Notes: generated by a model from the sequence alone, not told the origin. DNA of 64,000 nt from Octopus sinensis (GCF_006345805.1 NC_043019.1:26039360-26103359), one strand, 5' to 3'. Counted from the stretch's first letter, positions 35,330 to 49,656 are shown. Numbers and translations are program-made.

Positions 35330-36480
35330 ATGCTGATGACCTCATTCTTATGGCTGATATAGAAGTAGAATTGAGAAGAGAAGTTCCAGGTGTGGAAACA
35401 AAACCAGGAAGCAAAGAGCATCGAAGTTAGATGAGTGGAGATAGAAGTTGTAGTAAGCCAGATAACAAACAGGACTTTACACCCTTCAGGAAAATGACCC
35501 TGTTCAATATGGTGTACCCTGTGCCAGCTACACTCTGAGCACCCAAGAATTACAGTGGAATTATTGCAAGCTTAGGATCTTTTCGGTTTGAACGGCAGTT
35601 TTTAACATAATTTCTAGGTAACTAAAAAAATTTAAACTTCGTATACTGGTAGAATGTGTTTATAAAACATCTTTTTCTCTTGGCTTTATTGAGAAAATTC
35701 TATAGTTTGTAAGATATTTGTTGTTTTTTTCTTCAATTTCTGCAGTTTCAACCAATCAATGACGTCTATTGAGGTGAAAACATTCTGTGCCAAATGAATA
35801 TGTCCCTCGTTTAAGAAATAGATTGGGTTTATTTATATTTCTGAAGAAAAAAGATACCCTTCTACCCACCCCTAACCCTAACTAACCCTAACCCTAAAAC
35901 AGATTGAAATGCAATAAATTGATACTAGGGTCATAATTATGGGTGACAATTTCATATGACACCACTAGAAAAAAACTGCCGTTCAAACCGAAAAGATCCC
36001 AAGCTTAACAGAGAAAACAGACTTTGTATGTGACACAAGAGCAATAAACACTAAGAAAACATGGAAAATAGGTTTTCTCAAATGCCCAGGAGAATCCCTA
36101 GAGGTAGTTGATAGATTCTGTTACCCAGGTGACCTAATTAGCAGTGGAGGAGGTTGTTCTCAGAATATAGCTGCCAGAGTATGAACAGCTGGAGAATGCT
36201 CAAAGACTTATTACCTCTGTTGGCAACAAAAGGTTTCTATTTCAGAGAGAAAGGCAAACTCTCTAAGGTTTGTATACAAACTCTATTGTGGTATTGAGAC
36301 TTGGTAAGTCTCCTGAATGTGGAGAACTTCCAAAGGCTACAAAGAAATGAAGCTAGCATGCTCTGCTGGATGTGCAACATAAGTGTGCATGTACAATAAA
36401 GTGCAAAAGGAATCAGATGTAGTGTATAAAAGAGAAGACTGTGCTGGTGTGGTCATGTTTTACAAATGGATGATGTGCTG
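35330..36480 (+). mobile_element. Degenerate RTE LINE RT fragment, interrupted by a MITE
   Basis: YADDL motif (tatgctgatgacctc) at about 35330, PSGKxPCSI, and FCYPGDLISSGGGCS on the far side of the insertion. Confidence 0.8.
35575..35999. mobile_element. GG-terminal MITE (Merlin-like) inserted in an RTE fragment
   Basis: Perfect 29-bp TIR GGATCTTTTCGGTTTGAACGGCAGTTTTT; perfect 8-bp TSD CAAGCTTA; internal CCCTAA repeats. Confidence 0.9.
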
Positions 36481-36608
36481 ATCACTTACTGTGGGTGGGA
36501 CCCCTGGCTTTACATCCATTTTCCATGCTGGCATAGCTTGGACAGTTTGACAGACTAGAAGACAGTGCTAAGTTCTTCTGTCAGCTTTGCCATGGTTTAT
36601 ATATATAT

Positions 36609-37014
36609 CAGGGACGTGCCACCTGGGTAGGCAATGTAGGCAGTGCCTACCCTGAATAAAATAGATTGATAGTAACATTTTCCTCTCATGACAAAATATG
36701 CACCTAATTCAATAAATTATGACGGTTACTCTGATTACTCTGCATAAAATACAAAATATATATATTTTTTTTTGTAGATTAGGTAGGCATAATTCGCCCC
36801 TGCCTTTCAATCTCAGTATTAAAGCAATGCATAGAACTGCTGTAGTACACGTGCTGCATACATTCCTACAACACCGTTTTCTTTATGTGCTATAAAGGCA
36901 GAAGTTATTCTGCCTCCAGCTCTGTCCCACACTTGTGTTTCGCTTATTTTTTTGTTTTACTACATAAACATTACCAAATGCCTACCCTGAGTAATTACTG
37001 ATGGCACATGCCTG
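36609..37014. mobile_element. MITE in an (AT)n tract
   Basis: Imperfect TIRs CAGGGACGTGCCA/TGGCACATGCCTG; repeated subterminal tgcctaccctga. Confidence 0.55.
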
Positions 37015-37226
37015 ATATATATATATATTATATAATATATATATATTATATATATATATATCTATATATATATATAAAGTGTATGTTAAATGATGATGAT
37101 GATGATGATATATGTAATAAATCAAAAAAGCAGAGAAAAAAACAAGAAAAACAACGCAAGGGATGGTAGTACATGCAAAGTATTAATAAGATGCTTAGGG
37201 AAGGAAATAATTACATAAATATATAT

Positions 37227-37277
<51 letters not shown>

Positions 37278-38055
37278 CACACATATATATATTTCTCTTT
37301 ATTGCCCACAAGGGGCTAAACATAGAGGGGACAAACAAGGATAGACAAGGGATTAAGTCAATTACATCGACCTCGGCGGAATTTGAACTCAGAACGTAAC
37401 GACAGACGAAATACCGCTAAGCATTTCGCCCGGCACGCTAACGAGTCTGCCAACGCCGCCTTTCTGCCACACCACACATATATGTGTGTGTATGGGTGTG
37501 CATATATACATATCTACATACATATTGGCCACTACGTTTGTACGTTTTGGCATTAGGGAAGGCATCCAGCTGTAGAAACCATGCTAAATCAGACTGGAGT
37601 CTGGTGCAGCCTTCCATCTTGCCAGCCCTGGTCAAACCATTCAACCCATGCCAGCATGGACAACGGACATTAAATGATGGTGAAGATGATGATGATGATG
37701 ATGACGATGATGTGCGTGTATGTGTGAGTATGTTGTAGTCGCTGTTTATCCTTTTATAATCTAATTCCATAACTGGAGTCAATATAAATCAACCAAATGA
37801 GCAAATTTGGCTTGGCAGCATGTCCCATGCTTTCACAAATTGTTGCAGGTGCCTGGGAAGTCATGGGTAGACATAGACAACCTCCCACCTTACCCACTCC
37901 CGAACCTTTTATAATCCACACTCGCTTACAAGCAGGAATTTCAAGCTACTAGACTAGTTTACCAGTACCTTGCACAGACTAGTATTAATAAACTTGTATT
38001 ATTTATACTAATGTACAGGTATTCATATTTCATTTAATTATTTATTTAAATTTAA

Positions 38056-38267
38056 ACCTTTGGCATTTAAACCAACAATATCCAACAGAAATATTCTTCC
38101 TGCTTTATGCTCAAACAGGCCAGAGCCAGCAGCTCGCTCCTACCCTATAATGTCATTTGTAAAATAAACAATCACATTGTTGAAATCTCAAAGCTATGAG
38201 ATAATGCATGATTAATTCAAAACAATGTGAATAAATAATTTGGCAGATTAATCTGAATGTTAAAGGG
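38056..38267. mobile_element. piggyBac-type MITE (opposite orientation to 11132)
   Basis: TTAA-ACCTTTGGCATT..AATGTTAAAGGG-TTAA. Confidence 0.75.
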
Positions 38268-38639
38268 TTAATATTTTGTTTCATTACTCAACTAACACTC
38301 TACTTGCATTTTAAAAAAAGGGAAGGACACATAACATGATGTAGACCTGGATGTGCAAAATAAATGGAAATGATCTAGGCTAGGAAGTCTTTGATCCTAG
38401 ATCAGCTTGGTCATGACTAACCTAGGGCTGAACAACAATAATAATGCACCCTTTTTTGAAGAAGTGACCTTCCTCTCTTAGTTCTAAGAAAATTGTGGTA
38501 TCTGGCAGACTAACTAAGAAGAGGGATCCTCCTTGCCCTGTTTCTCATTCAAAATATTATTACTATTATCATGAAGGAGGAGGAGGAGGAGGAGGAAGAG
38601 GAGCAGAAGAAGAAGAAGAAGTGTCCTGATGCCCTATTA

Positions 38640-39022
38640 GGCAGTGGCTCTTGTGGCTTCTGATCTTAATTGATTGGAAATGTTATCATGTACATTGTTT
38701 TGTCTTGGTATAAAAGATGGGCTACAGCAAACATTCTGCTCAATACCACAGATTTGCTTGGCAGTTGCTTGACCTTAACCAGTTGAGCATGTCCCTTAGT
38801 GGCTGACGATATGTGCATCTCTGATCACAAGCAGAAGTAGTGAGGGAGCATCATAGCCATGTGTTGAGAAGAAATATTTTGGGGTTTGGGTAATTCACTT
38901 TTGGAAACATGGGTGTTTCATTCAACATCTTTAAACAACCCTTATTCAGGGACCTTTTGAGTGGGATGGGCTACTCAACCTGAAGAAAATTCTAACTGGG
39001 CCCCACCTGCAAGGTCATGCAT
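38640..39022 (+). repeat. Dispersed repeat; inverted continuation of the same family at 829-1010
   Basis: Shared tgggccccacctgcaaggtcatg motif in opposite orientations. Confidence 0.5.
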
Positions 39023-40110
39023 TGTTTAGTAGAGTAGAAGAGAAAATTGGTGTGGATTTTACTTGCATATGTTCACTTTTGAGTTCAAATCCAGTTCAGA
39101 GTCAATATTACCCTTTATGCCTTCCAGAGTTGATTAAATCAACCCTTGAACCCCAATATTTTGACTGGTTCTTATTTCACTGATCCCAGAAGAAGGTAAG
39201 GCAAAGTTGACCTCGACAAGATTTGAACGTAGAACATAAAGGGATGTAACTAAACACTGCAAAATATTTAGTTTGTCCCCTGCACCACAAGTTCATGTCA
39301 TCTACAGAACTTTACCGATTGCTTTCCATTATTCTGCATATAAGAAAATAAAAACTAGTCCGGTCCTTGGTTTTATTTAATCAACCACATCTCTCTTCCA
39401 ATGTGTAACTTTGTGGTATTTCATCTGTGTTTACGTTCTGAGTTCAAATTCCACCAAGGTTGACTTTGCCTTTCATCTTTTCAGGGTCAATAAATTAAGT
39501 ACCAGTTGAACACTGGGGTTGATCTAATTGACTGGCCCCTCCCCCAAAATTTCAGGCCTTGTACCTAGAGTAGAAAAAAATGTGTAACTTTGTGTCTATA
39601 AAGAAATCAGTAATTATTGTGACTGTCTTTTGCTAAAGTTGTAAACAATAGTTGCTACTATGACAACTAGTCATCTGACAAACACAGTCTGGTTACAAAT
39701 ACAATAGTCTCACACATGTTATAGACAGTAACGACTTGAAAAACTTAAAGTAACTCATACATAGGTAACTCCCATCTAAAAGTGAGGGAGAGGGAGATAA
39801 CTCCAGTAATATCAAATGACTGAAACCTTTGAACAATACTGACTACAAAGATTAGAGTGAATTTGGTCATTTTAAAGTCGGCTGGTAAAAGAAAAGCTCA
39901 TGGTTTGGTATTATCAAACCCCTTCAATGAAATATATTCTGGTTACTTGGATCTATGTGGAGCTTCTCAACCACATGGTTCCAGGTTCAGTCCCACTGCA
40001 TGGCAGCTTGGGCAATTGTCTTTGGCTATAGCTCCAGGACAATCAAAGCCTTGTGAGTGGATATAGTATTTGGAAACTGAAAGAAGCATATCATATATAT
40101 ATATATATAT

Positions 40111-40145
<35 letters not shown>

Positions 40146-40793
40146 GCATGTATGTATATCATCATCATCATCATTTAGCATCCGCTTTCCATGCTAGCAT
40201 GGGTTGGACGGTTCAACTGGGGACTGTGAAGCCGGAAGGCTGCATCAGGCCCAGTCTGATCTGGCAGTGTTTCTACCGCTGGATGCCCTTCCTAACGCCA
40301 ACCACTCCGTGAGTGTAGTGGGTGCTTTTTACGTGCCACCCGCACAGGTGCCAGACGGAGCTGGCAAACGGCCACGAACGGATGGTGCTTTTACGTGCCT
40401 TTATATATATATATATAGATAAATAGATATAGACATATATAAGGTGAGGTGTCTTTGTGTTTATACTATGTTTGTCCCCCACCATTGCTTGACAACCGAT
40501 ACTGGTTTGTTTACATCCCTGTAACTTAGAGACTTGGCAAAAGAGACTGATTAAATAAATACTAGGCTTCAAAAAAAATAATTACTGGGGTCGATTTGTT
40601 CGACTAAAACCCTTCAATGTGGTGCCCTAGCATGGCCGCAGTCAAATGATTGATAAACAAGTAAAAGTTGAAAGAAGAATAGACAAACAGTTAGACATTC
40701 AGACAGACAGACAGACAGACAGACAGAGAGATAGGTAGGTAGAGAGAGAGAGAAGGGGTAGATAATTAGATACATACATAAATACGTACATAC

Positions 40794-40853
<60 letters not shown>

Positions 40854-41384
40854 GTAGGTAGGTAGGTGGGTGGGTGGGTGGCTGGGTGGATGGATGGATG
40901 GATAAATAAATAAATAAATAGAGGACAGCAGTGAGGCTTTTTATGGCTAGGAACGACATGGATGAACGGGGGAATACCTCTCGTACCCCCCAATGTAACG
41001 TCCAACAAATAAACAAACAGCGGGGTCTCCCTCCCAACTTGTATGTCTATTTAGTAAATAAAAGATTTCCCACCAGGTATTTTCCTCTCAGCTATATTTA
41101 TTGATAATCTGTCTGGCTTAACAACTTGCCGTAAACTGGTTATTTCGTCCGTCCATCTGCTAGCTTCCATATGACAGAGTGACATGGAGGGGGAGTCCGA
41201 TATTTCGGTCATATGTTTTTCGTTTCCATTGTTATTCTGCTTCGTTTTAATTATTATAGTGTAATACGCAGCGACTATAAGAAAATGGGGTTTATTTTAT
41301 AAAGGAAAAAATCTATACGTATAACAGTATTAACAACAACAATTATAACACGCCAACAAGGCATCCTCTATACAGTCGTTCGAC

Positions 41385-42099
41385 AGGCTAGAAATAGCAG
41401 CCAGATTGCTGTTCAATTACACCCTACTGTCTCAAAAAACGGAATGATATATTGATATAATATAGTTCTAGGTGCACTAAAAGACGAGTTGGTCATGGCT
41501 GGAATATATTTTGATCGTGGATCTGTTCCATTATTTGCAACAAGGGCACCAAAAGAAAATATACTAAAGGGTATAAAATTTATAACAAATGTACTAGGTC
41601 AAGTGATGAAAAGAAAAATTACATATCCAGTAATTGTAATGTAATACATACATACATACATACATACATACATACATACATACATACATACATACATGCA
41701 TGCATGCATGATGCATGCATGCATGCATGCATGCATGCAAGTACAATATATGATAATAATATGATGAACGGAAAGGGAGATATCCATGTCGGGTAGCTCA
41801 TAGTACCCTAAATAGACAGATTCCGACAACTGCACTCAACACAAAAGTGCACTCTACACTACTGTCAATATCTGAACGAAAACTGAAAATTGAGCTTGTC
41901 TAACCAAGGCAACACCCTAGTTTCTCTCTTAAAGGACTAAAGTTTCTTCATTTGAAAACGGAATTCGTAAATGTCAACTTAATAAAGTGTCGGATTTACA
42001 GAGAAGTTCAAACGAAGAACTGTAAAGTTCTTGTGAAGTCCATTCGTTGCTGTTGTTGCTGTTAGCGACGCAAAACATGACGGCAATCTTCCAGCTGTT

Positions 42100-42139
<40 letters not shown>

Positions 42140-45100
42140 CCACCCACATTTTAATAAATGACAAACCATGATAATAATGAAGGTGATTATGGCTTCTGTG
42201 ATATCAGTAAAGGTTTATAAATAAACAACTAGAATTGTTGTTGTCGTGGAGACTAGTGGTGATCGTCGAATGGACAGCTCCAGATAGGTCAGACATCCGT
42301 CAAGTCGAGGGCCATATTGCATATTCTGCCATGCGATCGTTTAATTTAATGTGGTGTAGTACTACAGTCTGTTGTAATTGCTTAGCCTCAAATTAGCCCC
42401 AGTCGACCGTCTTGTCATTTCTAAGTTGTTGTTTTTTTTTTAAGATTTGCTTTATCCGAAACTACATTATTTTGGGCAGGCACGGTCTCTTATTTTTATG
42501 CCTAAGTATGATCTGAGGGAGATTTTACTGCTATTGCTAGCAGCTCGAGCGACGACCATGGAGATGATGGAACATTTGGTTCCTAATCCAAAGAAAGACA
42601 GACCTTAACCCAGAGGAACGATAGCATCACCTTTCAATGGGTTACAGCACCAAAACAATCCTGATATTGAAGTAAACATGAGACTGGCAGACAGATGGGA
42701 CGAACCATATCTACTCTTCTATAAATAAATACATAAATAATAAATAAAAGATACTGCGCATGACTATAGAGGGAGCGTGCGTATATCTACCCGGATTTAT
42801 CTGTTGGGTACCCCACCTCAATATAAGTACGGTACCATAATGTAATGACTTCTTCCGCAATCTATGTACTGGCACTTTATGTAGTCCAGTCTTAAGAGTA
42901 CCGGGTACCAAGTGAGAAAGACATCTTTTAGATAGTTCGTATGACATTAGGAAATTTAGTGATGATGATGGTGACAATGATGGATATCATCATGATGAAG
43001 ACTTCTTACATAGTAGGTACAAGGTCTGGAATTAAGAAGAATATAGAGGGAGCAGGGGGTCAGCCGATTACATCGACCCAATACCCCCGTCCCCCAGCTG
43101 TTGATTTGCACTGTATTTTACCGAGTCCGCAGGGAGAAGAAATGGCAGGATTTGAACTCAGAATGTAAAGAGCCATAACTAAATACCGACGCCTTAACAA
43201 GCTTCATTTTTTCGTGGGTGGGAGAGCCATTTGTGTAGAGCCGGGTGTACATTGGATTGAATCAATGTCAACATACATACATACATAGGCCTAAAAATTA
43301 AACCATTAGTACACGTTTATAAAAAGCAAAGTCTTCTTGACTTCCGCTGGATTTGAAAACAAAACACATCTGTGAAGCATTAAGATGCCTTACTGCCAAC
43401 TTACACACACACAGACTTGGAGGTAATGAAATCCCTATCACCGAAGGGGCTTCCTCTACAGCAGCGGTCCATAACCAGTGTCCGTATGACCCTTGCAGGT
43501 CCATATAAGATTTTGTTGATAAAATTTATGTACAATAAATTGGTTAAACTTCTGCAATGCACGAAAATTCTTTAGCAATATTTAATTAAAAAAATATAAA
43601 AGGAGTTTTTAAAACATTGAATGGTTATGGGGTTCTCCTTCGATTAAGAATCAAAGGGGTCCATTGGCAAAAAAAAAAATGACTGAGAACATCTGCTCTA
43701 CACTATTGTAGTCCGATGTGCTACAAACAGCAACTAAATCCCCGACCACTCACTGTTGTCTGAAATGGAAAAATCGAAGGACGACACATTTAGATAATGT
43801 AATCCGAGATACACTACAACAGGCAGGATAGCCACAGTTGGAGCCCCTCTGATCGTTGACAGATTTGCTAGGTCATGACGGACTTGGGGTTAAACAACAA
43901 CAATAGCTGTAGTAATAATAACAATAATGTGGGTGATAATGTTTGGTTTGGTGTACCTGCACTTACCTGTGGATATCTTTCACAAGTGAGTGAAATCCGG
44001 TGCACACCCAATACTGGACACCAATAATATACAGCTATGTCGTCAAATCGATATATACATACTGTAATATAATATTATAAACATTATCACGCTTGTTCTT
44101 GTTGTTTGGTTTAATTCGGGCAACAATTCCGATTAATTAAATAGATGAATAAATGACAAAAACTACAAAGATCTGAGGGAGATCCTACCTAGACGCAAAA
44201 CCTACAAGAAATAGCAGACAACCTCCCTCAAATCATACAAACCATACACCCAAAGTCTTCAAATAAAAAAAAAAGATAAACAAAAAAAGACACGTTGTTG
44301 AAATGGTAAAAAAAACTCTCAGGAGATCTAAATAGCAGCAGAAGAAACCCCACTCAGGCAAGTGTTTCTTTCGGCCCTTAACTTCTTACACTTTAAAGGG
44401 GCCGGGACGTAATCCAAGTTATGATTCGTGGACGCCTTTCTGCTGACACTTTTCAGTTCTGGACCATCCTAAACTAGATAGAATGGTCACAGCTGGAATA
44501 TCTTTGACCATAGGTTTATTCGATCAGCATTTACCTAGGGCTAAAAATTAACATATTTTTATCAGTGTAGTTAGTCTTCAGTGAACTTTGTCTCCTAATT
44601 AGAAACCGGTTGTTTCTTGGAGAACTACGACGAAAAAGATTTTAAAAAGACCATATACACACGCACGCACAATATAAACATCTATATATATTGTGGTAAG
44701 TTTAGAAATGGACCCCTGTCAGTTTTAAGGGAATTTCAAACTGTACTTGTCCGTTCGTAACTCACTTCTTCCATCCTTCCTTTACGGGTGCGAAAAAATA
44801 ACATTTCACTAACTGCTTCACGGGTCATGGCCAAACCTCACCGAGACAATAACGAAGCTTTTGTCTGGTCATTCGACTTATAAGAAAGAAATTGTAGCTA
44901 AATCGCCTACAAATCCATTCAACCAGCTTTAAAAAGAAATAAAAGGGCACATCCGATGGCGTAGAACCTTGATACACTATACCTGAAAAATAATAGATGG
45001 ACTACTCATAGGTTTGCTCGACAAGGAATGAACGGGAGTTAAACGATGATAACAAAGTAGGACAGCACATTGGATAATGGAGTCCTAGATGCAATACAAT

Positions 45101-46489
45101 TTGTCCGAATAACAGACAGGACCGAAAAGGCTGGAATATCTTTGATCATAAATTTCATAAATGTGTTGAGGCTAGCCTGAAGCTGAACAACAACAACGAA
45201 GGCAGAACACTTGGTAATGTAGTCCTAGTTACAACGCACTGTAAATAACAGGTGAAACAGTCACGGCGGAAAGATCTTTGGTCACAGTTTTAATAGATGG
45301 AACAAGGCCAGGCCCGTCGCAAGACTTTGGTGCCTGGGTATGCTTCAGAATATTCTGAATGGGCACTAATTTGTAATAATGTGGAGTTTCGAAATAAGTG
45401 AATCACTGTAAATTTGAGAGTGCCCCATTGAAAAGTGAGTGGGGGCAGTGCCGTCCAGTGCATCCCCTTAGCCACAGGCATGATCGAGGTTGACTTGGAG
45501 TCAAACCACCACTGTACGTCAATGTTTCCTATTTGGGAACCAGGTGCCACTCCTTGAAGCAGTGAAGCTCGGTGAGCTCACCCCACTGAGGCCATGTCTT
45601 CTGTCCCATAATTGTCCATCGGGGAATAATCCCAGTTAAACTTTAACGAAACAATTTTGGCACAAGGCCAGCAATTTTGGGGAAGTAGTAAATCGATTTA
45701 TATTGACCTCGGTGCATAACTGGTACTTTTTTTTATCGATCCGAAAGGATGAACGGCAAAGTCGACCTCGGTGGAATTTGAACTCAGAGAGTGGAGACGG
45801 ATGATATGCGGCTAAGCATCTTACCCGCGTGCTAACGATTCTACCTGTTCGCCGTCTTAAACTTTTACAAAACAGATTGACGAGAAAGTGTTAAGGCCAG
45901 GGCAGCCTGCCTCACATAGGAAGCTCATTTCTGTGTCAAGCTGAGGTGAGAATTTTGGCGATCATTCATTGATTAACCTTGACATCGAGCTTGGTATTCA
46001 CTCGACGGTTGTCAGCAGTGATCATGGGACAGGCTAGTGATTAAAGTGTCAGGTAGGTTTAAGGTAGGATGGGCGTGTGTTGGAGAATTTAGGAAGTACT
46101 GAGCTTTAACAAAACATACTGTAGGTGTAGATTGAAACCGTGATGTATCAATAATAAAAGAGGGAGAGAAAAAATACAGTCTGTTCGGTTCTATTGACTA
46201 AGTGTGTCGCTACTTGATCATGCGACTACCTAAAACTACGAGTCAAATTCTCCTCGAATTAAACCCCCACCATTTTAGAAAAGGACACGTTGGGTTATGC
46301 GGTCTTGGTTCCCCTGCGCATAAGGTAAAAAAAAACAAAACAGAATGGTCACGGTTGGAATGTCTCTAGTGATCGGGGATAACTCGGGGTTAAAAAACAA
46401 TGACCAAAGACCATTCTTATGGGGGTTTTTTCAACAAACGAACGAGTGGTTCAATCGTGAGCACCTAACATACATACATACACACACAC

Positions 46490-46564
<75 letters not shown>

Positions 46565-47490
46565 ATATAGGGCTGAGTCAAAAGAGGGTGCTTTGACATT
46601 CATGCTTTTACTACACGAATCGCTATGTACGCACATACGGTAATAATACCCATCCACCCAACAAGTATAAACACAGATCATTATGGGTATGTAGGACAAT
46701 CTATTTTAAACGTCCAATAAATAAAATAATAATCGTTTCGTATTTTAAGCAGCAGCAGGTCATAGATTATATCAGAGCGAGAGAGAGCGGAGAATTCATA
46801 TGTTGTGACGCTAATGCCTTTCCGTAAGTGCTTTAAAGGCACGGGGGGGGGGGTATATGGCTTCGACCGGGAATATTGCTATACCACAAGTAAAATATCT
46901 TCAAGGTATATTAAACTGGCCCCTGGTACTTTATCAGCTCTAGATAGATAAAACGCATATTTAACCGCAGCAGGATTTGAACTCGGAGAATAAAGGGTCG
47001 GACGGAAGTAAATAACGCAGGTATTTTGACCGACGCTCTAACGATTCTGCCAACTGATCAGTAATCGATTATATCGATTTCTTAAGCAAGCACAGGGGCG
47101 TCGAATTCAGCGGCACTAAGTCGACACTAACACTGGAGTTGTGTGTTTATTTATATCTTATCGATCCCAGAGGGAGGAAAGATAAAGTCTACCGTGACCA
47201 GATTTGAACTCAGGATGTAAAAAGATGTAAACCTGCATAAAATGAAGAAAAAAAAACTATCCTGTTGTTATTTAACCACCGGTCAAACATGACTGCAGAC
47301 CTACACGATTAAAAAAACAATCAAAACCATGATCACTCTGTCCTTTCTTTCATTTTGGAGATTTTTCTTTTACTCAGGCGTAGTGTGTGTATCTAAGACT
47401 ACATTATCTAAATATACACGCCTCTGATCTTTTTTAAAGTAATGGAGGATGATTTGAGAGCGATTTTGCTGCTATGTCTAGCCACCCGAA
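41385..47490. repeat. Cluster of short repeat family F copies (ctagaaatagcagccaaatc..ggggctaaacaacaac)
   Basis: Partial copies at about 41385, 42500 (rc), 43730, 44205, 44455, 44905, 45055, 46250 and 47260 (rc); also at 6280, 38320 and 58960. Confidence 0.7.
43462..43695. mobile_element. hAT MITE, older
   Basis: Ends CAGCGGTCC../..GAGAACATCTG; 8-bp TSD ctctacag/ctctacac (7/8). Confidence 0.75.
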
Positions 47491-48379
47491 CGACCACAAA
47501 TGTAACGATGGCGATAATTATAATGCTGATGACGATGATGATGATGATGAACAACTAAGGCCCCTTGACCACACATTATTTACATGAGACACGGGTTAAA
47601 TAGATAAATAAATAACTAAATAAATTAAGGCAAATCAAAACTTCTCACCTTTTTTTGTATGTGTGTGCCTGTTGTTGTGTTTTCCTTAATTAATTGTAAT
47701 GATATCCTTCAAACGCAACGACAAAACAAGGAACAAACTATAACGATCCAGGTAATAATAACAACAACAATAATAATAATGTATTTGCCGTATGTCCATC
47801 GAGATGACAGTGGACAGCTGTTTCAGGCCACAACGACACATTGGCAAAACTAACCAGTTTGCTGGTGGTGGTCATGGTGGTGGTTGTGGTGGTGGTGATG
47901 TTCATAGCCGCATTTATAAAATACAATCATAGCTAATCATTATTATTATTATAATTATTATTATTAAAACCGTTTCTTTCTCTCATTTATGTTTTTTACG
48001 TATATATACATGTATTGTCTCTTTTTTCTTTTTGTTTCTTTTGTATTGTTGGTGTTAATCATTTAATGAAACACACGTTGATTAAGTGTGTGATTTAGTG
48101 TTGTTGTTGTTGTTATTGTGGTGTTGGTGGTGGATTTTGGTTTGCTGATGTGGCGGCCTTTCATAATTAAAGCCTCTAACACTGCCATGTTTGGGACGAT
48201 GTGGATGTATGTACGTACGTCTACGCATATATTGTATCTATGTGCGTACGTGTATAAAGCGTGTGTGTGTGTATCTGTTGTGTAACATCTATGTATGTAA
48301 ATGTGTGTGTGTTGTATGTCTATGTATGCTGTCACGTGACAATCTAATTCCAGGTAGCCTGTCCTCATCTCACCTTCAT

Positions 48380-48925
48380 AGCTTTCTCTCTCTTTCTCTT
48401 CCACCCTCAACTCTTTTTGCTCCGTCTCCCTCCCTCTATATAATTCTGTCTCTCTCTTTTTCCCTTTCTCTCTCTATATTTCTCTCTTTCAGTCTCTGCC
48501 TTACTTTATTCTCTTTCACATTCAAGTCTCTTTGCTTCCTTCTCCTTCTAAATAGCTCTCTCTCTCTCTCTCTCTCTCTTTTTCTCTCCCTCTCTTAACA
48601 ATTCACTTACTCACTCTCTTTCTCTCCCTCTATCACTCTTTCTTGCTCGTCTACTCCCTCTTTTTCACCAACCCGGTTCTGGCATGTCTGCTCAAATTTT
48701 ACCTAACACAATTCCCCTCTCTCTCTCTTTGCTTACTAACTTTTTATTAGCGAAAAAAGAAAGAGAAACAAAAACAGAGAGAGGGGGAGAAAAGAGGAAG
48801 GGGAGAGAGTTTTAGGAACAAAAAAAGAAAACAGAGAGTATATAGGAGATTGAGAGAGGGGGAGAGTAATAAGGCAGGTAAGGGAGAGTAAAAGTGAGAG
48901 ATAAAAGAGAATTAGAGAGGGAGGG
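48380..48925. repeat. CT-rich tract followed by a GA-rich tract
   Basis: Polypyrimidine about 48380-48735, polypurine about 48752-48925. Confidence 0.85.
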
Positions 48926-49656
48926 AGTACCAACGCTCGTTAATCGACACATTTCTCTCTAAATGTAACCATTATATTTATCACTCAGTATTGGATTTCT
49001 CGTGGTTGGGGGTTGACTATAATTTCGTCCCACCTTTGATGGAAATAGGCCCCAAACCAAATGTATTCTATCCAAAATCATCTGTTGATACCAAGTAATG
49101 TGCGTTTCGGTCACCCCATCCGTTGCCTTGTTTCTTCAATTAAGTGGGTGAAATACTTACCTGCGCTTGTGTAGCAGACTTTACCTGAATTTTTCGTTAG
49201 GGTTCGTCTCAATAAACCTCATTTTTATGGCGGGGGGGTGGTTAAAAATATAAATAGATGACGAATTTATAATCGCTGTGGTTTAGTTAGATATCAGACC
49301 TGTTTTAAGAGAACTGTATGGTCAAAAACGTTCTGGCAGTGACTAAACTCAACTCGTCCCCACCTCACATTTCAGACGTAGTTGATGCGTCTTCCCACTT
49401 TTTTTCTTTAAAGACAAATGGATGTTTTCTGGAAGACATTTGGACTGCTGTTTCTAGCATGTGGGGCGACCACATTAAGGATTTCTTCGTTGGTTTTGGC
49501 TTATGAATAACATTAAGTTAAACGTTTAACAAATGGCCATATGTTACTTTCAAAGTGCAAAGCATTATATATGTATATATATATACATATATATATATAT
49601 ATAATGTATATATATATGTGTGTGTATATGTATGTATGTAAATACACACACACGTG

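Noticed and set aside
35864-35900. True telomere or fusion site
   Set aside because: Only about 5 imperfect units, lying inside a TIR/TSD-bounded element.
42711-42977. 88-aa minus-strand ORF in unique sequence
   Set aside because: No recognisable domain or convincing splice sites; the length is compatible with chance.
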